From: Phallusia mammillata
Lineage: Eukaryota
Direction of reading: 5' to 3'
DNA: 64,000 nt
NCBI GenBank assembly: GCA_965637545.1
Contig: OZ281499.1
Span: forward strand, 20,894,001-20,958,000
Part shown: positions 53,901 to 64,000 of the stretch, one piece after another
Position numbering within the stretch: the first letter of the stretch is position 1
How the letters are laid out: each line of letters opens with the position of its first letter
Translations under genes and position numbers: made by a program
Notes under the pieces: generated by a model
The model's database searches: none
What the model saw: the letters and a program-made list of their open reading frames with translations, nothing else
What the model was told of the DNA's origin: nothing

Positions 53901-55796
53901 AACAAATCCCGAATTCGGCCCGAAAGTTTACCAAGGTGCAAATGTGGATAAGTGTTAAGGGTGGTTTGAATCGAAGCCGTTTGGGTAAAAAGCTCAAATC
54001 CAACCTAAAACCCTTGGATTAACTCCAGTACGCACAAGATTTAAAGACATTTTTTAATCATCTTGCAGCCTTTTGAAAAACATGAGGAAACTACAGACAC
54101 CAGACAAAGGTTCAACGAAATTTAAACGATACTTTTTGCCTTTGGGAGTTGATGAAACAACACCAAAAGGTAAAGGTTGAACAAACTATATTTAAAGTAT
54201 CTTGTGTTTGTCATAATTAGACGACACGTCGTATTATACCAACAGTAACATTTTGTAGGTTTTAGGATGTGCATGTCTAGATTTCCATTTTGGTCAAAAC
54301 TCTTAACCAAAGAATAATGATTATATTTTAACCAGTAGTGGGATTCAAATTTTTTGTCAGGCGGTTCTATCACAAAAGTCATGTTTTTTCAGCCGGTTCT
54401 GTTACAAGCAGTCTATTGACATTAACCAGTAATGCTAACCGGTTCGCTGATCTCATAAAATTTCGTGAGACGGTTCTATAGAACCGGTGCGAACCGGCTG
54501 AATCCCACCACTGATTTTAACCAATTGATTAAGGCATGTTTTTCACCTTTAGACGTGAACTTGGTTAACATCGAGGGCAGCATGGCGGAAGCCAAAGTAC
54601 AAGATGATGGCTCGGTCTTGTTAACTCCAGAGGTCTTGTTGAATGATTCGTGTTCAGGCAAATGGGAGCTACCCCGTATTAATTACAAATACAATGGAAA
54701 AGAATACAGGTAGGCAAAATGTTGAATGCTTAATAGGTTGAAAAGTGCGTTTCAAATTCTAATAATAAAACTCTATAAATTTCTTTGTCTGTAATGGGCG
54801 CCAAATAAAAACTAAACTTGTTATTTTTTTGCATCATCAGATATTTTTACGCAGCATCTTTCTTTGAGGAAGACGGTTGTGGTCAACTAGTTAAAGCTGA
54901 CATACAAACCCAAACCGGAATAAAGTGGAATGAAACGGTTTGTGAACATGTTGGTCATGGGCGCCGGCACGTAGGGACAAGAGGGGGCACTTGTGTGTAT
55001 TTGTCAAAAATTGACCCTCCGTGAAAAAATTCTGCCGGTGCCTATGATGTTGGTATTGTTTTTTTGTTCAGTATTTTGCTACATGGGGTGTCACTGTCAC
55101 CACCTCAATTAGCCCTGCTGATCTATTTTTCCTCAAGAAGTTGGTAAAGAATGTGCACCATCTACTTCAAAAAGGAACCACTAATAAAAAAGAATGCATC
55201 TAGAAACAGTGTGATTATGATAAAGTAAAGAAAACCAGAAGAGGTCTTATTGATATCTTGCTCCCCAACCTGAGCGATGTTGATCATTTTATACATGTTT
55301 TGTGTATTTAGGGTTGCATTCCATCAGAGCCAGTGTTTGTGGAGAGACCAGGAGCAACTGCAGAAGATGATGGGATTGTACTTTCAACTGTTATAAATCA
55401 AGATACGGACAAACCAGTATTTTTACTAATTCTTGATGCAAAGACATTTACAGAAATTGCCAGAGCTGAGGTAAACACAGGTTCCAAATTAAGCAAAGAT
55501 TTTGAAACATCTTTCCAATTAGCAGGTTGTTTGAAACTATTCTTAATATATTAGAGTCCCTTATAGCTAACAGTGATTTTATGAACACATTTATTATTAG
55601 TATTTTTTAAATAATTTTGACAAAACCGATGATAAATCTTTGGTGACAAATTGCCACATACATACTTTCTCCAGCATTGTCATACTTTGTCAAGCATAAA
55701 AGTACAATTTATGATAAAATTGTGTATATTTGTATTTCATAGGTGGACACCAAACTTCCACTTTCTTTTCATGCTATTTTTGATGTCAAACATTAA
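50967..55796 (+). CDS. Carotenoid cleavage oxygenase (BCO/RPE65 family), tandem copy 3
   Basis: [12 protein letters not shown]...[14 protein letters not shown], 12 exons in frame. Variant motifs TDPCK (instead of PDPCK), FDGPA, IDN and FHA. Confidence 0.92.
51860..52223 (-). mobile_element. 364-bp retroposed element with an internal tRNA-like domain
   Basis: 13-bp TSD ACAACCAATCATA (51847-51859 and 52224-52236). Short terminal direct repeat ACTGTGAT. Cloverleaf at 51956-52029 followed by TTTTT. Confidence 0.8.
51956..52029 (-). ncRNA. tRNA-like cloverleaf (loop CCGGAAA, nominal GGA anticodon); probably TE-borne and not a translational tRNA
   Basis: GCCTGTG TA GCTC AGTTGGTA GAGC GC GAGTC CCGGAAA GACTC CTGTC GTGGG TTCGAAT CCCAC CGCAGGC T. 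All four stems pair, with A and B boxes. It has C33, an extra nucleotide at 26/27 and a short variable loop. Confidence 0.65.
54333..54513. mobile_element. hAT-type MITE (181 bp)
   Basis: TIRs CAGTAGTGGGATTCA / TGAATCCCACCACTG. Perfect TSD ATTTTAAC. Confidence 0.88.
54956..55046. mobile_element. 91-bp MITE with 8-bp TSD
   Basis: TIRs CATGGGCGCCGGCA / TGCCGGTGCCTATG. Perfect TSD ATGTTGGT. Confidence 0.85.
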
Positions 55797-57395
55797 AAAG
55801 TGGTGGTAAAAGACATGAAGTGTTTACAATTTACATAGTCCATTCTACCTTCCATGTAATGATTCATCTAAAATGATTTTATGCATTCAATAATCAAACA
55901 CCATTTATCCATGATAAATTCCTCCCTTGCATCAGTTGTAGTGCAATATTTAGTATTTGCCATCCAAGCTTTTACAACATATCTTTTTTTATCATGTATA
56001 TATTTTTCTTTTAATCATGTTTTAATTTCTTTTTATTGTGTGTGAAAGTATGTTCAAAGTATATATGAGTAAACTTGGCAACAACAAGTAGCAGCTATAT
56101 CAATATCAATGGTAAATTAGACCTTTCATGATAAATTGGCCAATGAAATGCTGTTAGAGTTAGCAGTTGATCTCTTGAACTAAAAACCCAGGTTATGAAC
56201 AGAGGCTGAGACAGGAAACAGAGTAAAAATGGACAAATTCTGACCAAACTTTCAGCACCAGACTTAAACTTACAGTAAAGAAAATAACCAACACAGCCAA
56301 TAGCTATACATTTTTGTTTCATGGACTAACCTTTGTAACCATAAAAATATTCCAATTTGCTTTGAATGAGAACTTTATTGCATTCCAAGATCAACCCTGT
56401 GCATTTTACTTTTCTAGACAGTTCCTAGTTTAAAAAACACATATAAGACGATTAAAACACACTACACATGCAATCAGAAATTAAGTTGCTTTTTTGAGGC
56501 TGGTTATAGGAAATTGAATCTCATGTACAAGTATATTCACAACAGATGTAACTTGGTAAGTTTATAACTGCTGGCAACCAAGTGTAACATTAATCGATAG
56601 TTCCGTGACCGCTACATGATCAATAGGATTATTTTGTTTCTAACATTAAAGTGTTAATGTCAACACTATTCACTGAAAAACATTCCAACACATTGCAACT
56701 GTTATCTTGGTGATTGTCTACAACAGTCTATTTTGCCATATTGTGTATATTTGTGTAATATTATGTATCATTAAATTAAACTGTCTAGTAACAATTCTTA
56801 TCGTTTTAATTGTCAGAAAAAAATCATGTAAGGCAGGCAGGCAGCATGCTCCAACGGAAAAAATTCACTCTTTTGGCACGTCTTGCAGACAGCCTTTTGC
56901 GTTGGAAAAAAACAACATGAGACAAAAGATAAAGACTAGAATACCACTGAAGGCTCAAACTATCCTAAGTTACAAACTTCACACTGTGCAGAGACATTTA
57001 CGGTAGATTAATAAAAAATTTATCGGCATTTCAACGGTATAAATTCATACAAATCAAAACCCCGCAAAAACATAATCCCGCCACACTTTCACAGAATTGT
57101 TCATGCATAACCGCTACGTAATGTTTTTCTGTTTTTCGAGTTGAAAGGGAACAGAAATTTAACTTACCCCACAATTGCTTGCAAAATACGGATCTTTTGC
57201 GATGGTTATTACATATTTTCTGAAGGATCAATACTAACCGATACAACTGTTAAAATGTTTATGTAAATTTGACATTGGAATTGTTTATTAAAGTCATTGA
57301 ACCATGCATTGTTTTTGTTTTGGGAAAAACCAGGCTTTTTTAGTGAAGTTTTAGATTTGTTTTTGTTTGTGGTGGCCATGTGCGATCTGTAAAAC

Positions 57396-60300
57396 ATGGA
57401 AGGTGAGAATTCTCAAGCTGCTGGTGAACTGCTACTCAGCTACAAACCTCCCTCTGAGCAATCTGAGTAAGTTTTGTTCTTTGACTGCAAGTGATTTTGA
57501 AACATTTTATTGTTTATTAGTTAGTTTTGTAACAAGTAAGTACTAGTAAATTATTATACCCTTCATTACTTAACCAAGCATGCTTGGTAATAATACAGCA
57601 GTATTAATAATCCAGTTTGCATAGTGAGCTATACTGACTTATTTTGTTTATTAAATTTATTGCACTTAACGAGAATGTAACATTAAATTAATAGAATTAA
57701 AACTGTCTTTTTTAGAAACAAAATAGAAAGAAAAATCACTCCTGAAGATCTATTTGCTGATAGAAGTGATGGGCCAGGCAACATAAAACCTAATGATACT
57801 ACAAATGCACAACCCAATGGGTAGGTTTAAATCAACACAATGTCAAAACTTACAACTTCTTGATTGTATGTTTGTTGTCACGAAACAAGAGTTTTCAAAG
57901 TGCTGAAAGCAAAAAAAAGTAAAATATGTTTGCAAGGTTGTGGTCTTATGATAAAAATACTCTGAAAATGAAAAACCACAAAATTTAATGGCCTGTTTAG
58001 GTTTTACATTGCATTAAGGAAAGATTTTTTTCCAGAGTGTTGAGAGTAGACGCAAGTGGCAATGAGGGCAGTGAAGGAAATCGAACATGGGAAGGAATTC
58101 AAGACACAAGAAAGTTTGGTCCTGTGAAATATAACATGAGCTACAAGAAACGAGGATGTTTTCTTATATTCAGCCAAGAAGTGAATTTTGTGAAATATTT
58201 TTGCTGTCTGAAGCAAAACTTCCTGTTGGAGACATATTATGTATTATATCTTGCTCTGTTTCAGAATTTTGACAATGGCATGCCAACTCGCAAGGGTACG
58301 AAGATTGATGCCTTCAACATTTTTGAGGCTGCAGCAAAACTTGGATTTGAGTTTATCAATACTTTTCATGACTCGAAGAAGAGTGAGATTTTAAATTTGC
58401 TGCACAGGGGTAATTACTAAAAAGATATAAACTTCATAATAAAATCTTTTGGTAATTTTTTTACAAAACTCATTGTGAACAATTTTTTTGAGGCTTATAA
58501 GGGAATCTTAAAAGACATCAGTTTGTTAATAATAAATTGTTGTGGAAAATGTGTTGTTATAGTTTTTTGATTGGTGTGGTAGCATATTGTGACATAAATA
58601 TGAAGCAAACTGTGTTTGTGTTGCTAAATGTTGTAAATTAATGTCAACTGTTTTTTTAGTTTCAAATGCCACCCATGCTGAGTATGACTGCTTTGGCTGT
58701 GCAATTTTGACACATGGTGATAAAGGGGATGTACTTTATGCTCGAGATGCAGCAATGAAGCTTACAGATTTTACTGAACCATTTACAGCAAAAAGATGCC
58801 CATCTCTGGTGGGAAAGCCTAAACTCTTCTTTGTACAGGTTTGTGTAACAAAATCTTTGTCTCCTGCAATTATTCATTATCAAGCTGTGTTTATGTTATC
58901 TATAAGTCTGTGTTTAATATCATAAAAGCACACCAAATATATATGCAGTGGAAAATATGTTAAGTTTCTTCGAAATTTTTAATTTATAAAAGTTTTGACT
59001 TGACAAATGATAATTTGAAATTCCATTTTTGTCTAAAAAGCATTATCATGTTCTGCCAAATTTTGTAAACTTTTATGCTAGATATGAGCTTTTCAACTTC
59101 AAGTACACAGACTTAACTGGGGCTGCACGCATAACAAAATATTTTTATTGTAATACTGTTTCAGCCATTTCTCTTTCATTAAGATCCTAGAAGGTTATGC
59201 GAAACCAAATTCGGAGATAGCAATAATCCTTCCAATTTCAATTTTTTGAACATAGGCCTGCAGAGGTTTAAAAATGGATGAAGGAGTTGAGGTCACTCAA
59301 AACATGGACGTGGTTGATGGTGCTGAAGATGAGAATGATTCTGTTTTAATTCCTAACGAAGCAGACTTTCTGCTTGCCCAGTCAACAGTGCCAGGTAAGC
59401 CAGGTAAACAGTCCTAACACAATATTGTCTGGGGGTAAATTTGCACTGTAAACTTGATCCAAAAAAAAAAAAACTGCGAAGTAATTATGGGTCCCCTTCC
59501 CTGAAGGGAACACATATTGATTTTACTCAAAATGTTTGTTTGTTTTTTCTTTTCTTTTTTCCTTTTTTTTTCTTTTTTTTTTTCTTTCATTTTTCTTCTC
59601 CCCAAAGTTTGTCCGACTCGTTTTTCCATCAAATCCTTGATGGATTTGGATGAAATTTACACAGATGGTAGATGTAGTTATGTAGATGTGCATCACACTT
59701 TGTTTTTGTTGATAACTCCAGTATTTACCCCGCTAGCCCCCTAAAATGGGTATTTTTCCCTGAAGTTTGTCCGACTCGTTTTTCCATCAAATGTTTGATG
59801 GATTCAGCTGAAATTTACACAGACGGTAGATGTAGTTATGTAGATGTGCATCCCACTTTGTTTTTGTTGATAACCCCAGTATTTACCCCGCTAGCCCCCT
59901 AAAATGTTTTTTTTTTCCCGAAGTTTGTCTGACTCGTTTTGCCATCAAATGCTTGATGGATGTGGCTGAAACTTATACAGATGGTAGATGTAGTTATGTA
60001 GATGTGCATCCCACTTTGTTTTTGTTGATAACCCCAGTATTCACCCCGCTAGCCCCTTAAAATGGGTATTTCCCCCCGAAGTTTGACCGACTCGTTTTTC
60101 TATCAAATGCTTGATGGATGTGGCTGAAACTTATACAGATGGTAGATATAGTTATGTAGATGTGCATCCCACTTTGTTTGTCCGGATAACCCTAGTATTT
60201 TCCCCACTAGCCCCCTAAAAGGGGTGAGTTTATAAACAATGTCAGAATTGGCTAAAATTTGGATAGCTTGTAAAGTATGCCAATTATCGTTATTGCGTCA

Positions 60301-62658
60301 TTGCAGTTCGGGGGTTGTTAACAGCCCTTTGACGTCAGAAACATTAACAGTTGTTGCTCAAAACACCTCTAGTGGTTGAAATTTTAAACGTTGGCAGATT
60401 GGACTGAAATTTTGCAGTACTATTGATTGAGTACATTGTGGTTTCCTTCGTTTAAGTTTGTGTGTGTTGAACCTCAATTAGTTATCCTACTTACTCATTG
60501 TTATCTATTGAAATGCATTATCTACAACTTTGCATGTGTGGGGACCCATGAGTTTTTGCTTGCAGAAACAACCAAGGTTATAAAATACGATGGCTAATAT
60601 AGGACCCAATATAAATAAGTGTAGGAAATATATTAATGTTTCAAAATATGCTATAGTGTATGTGCAAGGGCAATATGTGCTAAGCCACCCTTCTAGTTTT
60701 CCAAGGTTTTAAAGTTTCAAAACAAGCCGTTACTGATACTGAAATGAGGAGAGGCATTTACTTTAATGTTACATGTGGTTTGTAAATATACACTCAAGTC
60801 CTGGATATATGACCTGTGAAGTTAATAAAAGACTCAATTTTAAATGATCTTTGTATGGTTTAGTTTATCATCCACTATGATGTTTTAATAATGCAAAACA
60901 TGTTTTTAAAGCTGAAATATGTTGACTTTTGTTTTTAATGACTATTAAGCATTGTCTTTCATCTCTTTGACACAGGTTTTGCATTACAATTTCTCAAACT
61001 AAAATTATTTTTAAATAATAGGTTATGTGGCATGGTTGAATTCTAGCAATGGGTCTTGGTTTGTGCAGTGTTTGTGTGAATGCATTCATCGCTTTGGTGG
61101 CCACATGGAAATTATGCAGGTAGAAGAAAATAAGCTTGGTTCCTGATTTTTTGCTGTGAAACTACCCTATTGTGGTTTATCAAGTTCCAAGTTTTTGCTT
61201 GCAAGCACATAAAGAACTAACTTAACTTTATACACTTTATGTTATAGATCATGACCAGAGTCAACAATATGGTTGCATACCAGTTCAAATCAAGCACCCA
61301 AGATGGAAAGGATAACTACAAGCAAATTCCATCCATTACAAGCAGACTAACTGCTGAACTCTATTTCTTTAGGGAAGCTGTTGACGATGGGGCAGTTCAA
61401 CAAAGCGAGAGTCAAGTATGCTTGTCATGCAACGATTTTAAGTTAACCTGTTTGACTGTAGTAAAAACATCGCAGTAAACATCTCAATAATATGTTTAGC
61501 TAACCAATTTTAGAGAAAGGTGCAGTTCGTATGTAATAACAGGCTGAATTGGCAATGTCAGTTTTCAGTTGTACAAAACAAATGTAGTTTGCAGGTTGAT
61601 TTATTGTGGTTAAGATGCATCACTTTGTTTCAGATCCAAATGGTGGCAGATGAAATTGAAGTTCATCCCAGTCAGTCGGAGCAAACACCACAACTAAGGT
61701 AAGAGAATGCCAATAACCAAACATTGCTTGTACAAAACATAAATCAAGTATAGCAGAAAAGCAACTTCTTTGGTGTAAATGTGATTTTACGAAACACCAA
61801 ACACCTGGCCAAGGCCCTTTACAAGTTAGTGGGACATTTTTTACAGGACAGCACAGAAGCAATGCAATATGCAGGCTGTGCCTACATAGCATTTATGACT
61901 ATCAAGACAACTATCTTGCTAGGGGGAAGTACCCTATTGTAGGTAACCAAACAGCTCATAATGACTGATGCGTCATGAATTTGCATGCACCTAATATTAG
62001 TTAATTTGTAACATCGGACTTGAACCGGTCTGTAGCATGAAAAGCCAACACCTCGCTTATGCCTTGTCTGCACATTTGATGTGTTTAACATTAAATTGTG
62101 TGTCAGTAGTCAATTCTGGTTCACTGGATTGTACTCTTACACTACTGACCGAGGTGACACATTTGCAAGTATAACTAAAATGACTGCACGATTGCTAAAC
62201 ATAACGTTGTGTTTTCATTTGACTCATTGTTTATGTCTCTTATGGTTAACCCTTTGAACTTTTCCTGTTGTTTTAACTTCGATAACACAGCGCATTCTAA
62301 CAGTACAGCTTCAGCACGTTAAACTTTGGTTGACAATCTTGTTTTTCATGACACTTTTTCTCGCTTTCAACTTTTTTTTCAACCAATTTGTGCCCACCTA
62401 TTTCCGTCTGTCCAGTTGTTTTAGTGCTATGGTGTCGTTACGAGCTATAGTCGTATAAGTTGTGCCCAAAGTTATTCATTTTAGGATTATTCCGTTGTCT
62501 CATTCAATAGCAGTTTACATTTACATGTGTTTCTTGGCTGAACTTTTTTTAATTTTCCATTGTACAGTGACACAGAACCCCCTCCGAAGTTAAAAAAGAA
62601 ATCTTTGGTATCGCGGATTCGCAAAAGCTTTCGTAGAAGACGAGGAACAATGCCTTGA
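57396..62658 (+). CDS. Effector-type (caspase-3/7-like) caspase with a C-terminal extension
   Basis: Exons 57396-57466, 57716-57820, 58036-58180, 58265-58409, 58660-58838, 59256-59394, 61022-61119, 61248-61415, 61634-61698, 62568-62658. Motifs TRKGTKID, ILTHG, GKPKLFFVQACRG, DVVDG linker, EADFL, GSWF, KQIP. Short prodomain ending LRVD/A. The last two exons are less certain. Confidence 0.9.
59474..60570 (+). mobile_element. Helentron-associated (HINE/DINE-like) non-autonomous element in a caspase intron
   Basis: 10-bp subterminal inverted repeats ATGGGTCCCC (59487) / GGGGACCCAT (60540), a 3' hairpin GTTTTTGC-TT-GCAGAAAC (60552-60569) and an internal tandem array. Confidence 0.5.
59598..60226. 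repeat. ~158-bp tandem repeat x4
   Basis: Unit AAGTTTGTCCGACTCGTTTTTCCATCAAAT...GATGGTAGATGTAGTTATGTAGATGTGCATC...CCCCGCTAGCCCCCTAAAA, recurring near 59600, 59760, 59917 and 60075. Confidence 0.92.
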
Positions 62659-64000
62659 CACTAATCTTCACCACGATCGATGTGGTCATGATAGAGATTT
62701 TGCCCTTGTTTGCATCGGTTGCGGTTGGGGTGTGTTTGTTGACGACTATTGTGTTGATTAGTTGATCATTAACTGCCTTTGCCTACATCACAAACCCGTG
62801 TCAATACGAGCTACCATTACATTTTAGGTCACACTACCTTCTGAAAATTTACGATGTGTTTAAATTATACAGTCCTACCATTAATAGTTCCCAACGTTAG
62901 CTGCAAGACTACCTAAAAAATTGCGCAAACTTACGCAAAATCATAAACAAAACGCAAATCAAACGTGTGATTACTTGTGAATGCGAAATACTACCTATCC
63001 AAAGACGTGAAAAGAATGCTCTACTATTATATTCACGAAAATTTTGACTGTAGCTTTTACGTTTGTGTCTTGTACCCCTTCATGTGACCAGAAAATATTG
63101 TATGACCCAATTTTTATGAATTGCTTTGTTTCCAAGTGCCTATACACCGTTTTAGTACAATTAACTTGTTTTCAAATAGTTCAGTTTCTCCGCAGTCACC
63201 GTAGCATAAATTTAGGGACATTTCCATTCACTCATTGTCACCCATTAGGCGGTAGTGACGTAGAGAACATCTGACGTTGCGTCACATCCGATTTGGTGAA
63301 TATGCATAGTCACGTGATAAGGTGGTGGGAGTTTCGCTCTACGTAGCAAAATACAATACAATAGTTCATCATGGTACACCCAATCATCGCTACTGTACAT
63401 ATTACTGTAATGCTTAAGTTGTTTTGGTTGCGTTGACCCTAACCAATGCTAAATAAGTTCCATAGCTAAGCTGTAGCCTCATTTCTTGATATTTCGTTTT
63501 ACTCCCAGTGATGTACATAGAGCTGGGTTGCTTGGTGTTCACAACAGTTACTGAAATACTGGTATTGTCAATCCTCTTTTAAGACGTCAAACTAACTGTG
63601 ATTTATATTTTATGAGCTGTAACTGTTACCGTGCTTTTTCACTTTCATTTTATCGTTTTACGTTAAGACGAAATCTCTTCATAATATTTTACTGACAAGC
63701 TTCATGAAGCATTACTAAACTGTCAATTTCGTGTGTTTTGTATCATATAAGCCAACATTGCTTTTATAACGCTGGTTTCGAAATATCTTTGTGTATTAAA
63801 CCACGGTAAACGTGTATTCTAATGAATTTAGCGTTTTCTATGGTTCTAAAATAACTGCACAGAGCTTGTATAGAAACCCCCTTTGTGTGTGAAACGGCAA
63901 ATTTTCATTTTGTTGATTTTTGGGAAGAAATGTTTCAGCGAAATGTACATATCTTTACATTGAAATATGATGAGTCAGATAAAGCAATTTTGCACCGTCA

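Noticed and set aside
56070-57000. Possible small secreted-peptide gene on the minus strand (AFSGILVFIFCLMLFFSNAKGC...)
   Set aside because: An in-frame stop lies directly upstream and no consistent start or exon chain could be built.
59414-59744. K-rich and F-rich ORFs
   Set aside because: They arise from T-rich low-complexity sequence at the start of the intronic element.
59598-60226. CRISPR-like array
   Set aside because: Contiguous long tandem units without unique spacers, in a eukaryotic intron.
63280-63330. CRE-like and E-box motifs (TGACGTTGCGTCAC, GTCACGTGAT) suggesting a promoter of a further gene
   Set aside because: No associated coding exon can be identified within the window.

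Overview
AT-rich, compact-intron eukaryotic (metazoan) genomic DNA. Introns of about 55-70 nt and the gene set are consistent with an invertebrate chordate such as an ascidian; this is an inference and was not verified. Most short ORFs in the supplied track are non-coding or single exons, so I assembled the genes by hand across GT-AG introns. In order: first exon of a DOMON-domain (DBH/MOXD1-like) gene (minus); an atlastin-like large GTPase that seems to end in a CaaX prenylation box rather than a transmembrane hairpin (plus); POLR3D/RPC4 (minus); a tailless/TLX (NR2E1) nuclear receptor with a canonical DBD but a strongly eroded LBD (plus); three tandem, apparently intact 12-exon carotenoid cleavage oxygenases of the BCO/RPE65 family (plus); and an effector-type caspase with Leu in place of the invariant S1-pocket Arg and a basic C-terminal tail (plus). 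Mobile DNA includes a complete, very young CsRn1-type Ty3/Gypsy element (identical 142-bp LTRs, 4-bp TSD, tRNA-Trp PBS, predicted -1 frameshift signal), Penelope-type minimal hammerhead ribozyme motifs, a 364-bp retroposed element with an internal intact tRNA-like cloverleaf, a Helentron-like non-autonomous element and many hAT-type MITEs with 8-bp TSDs.
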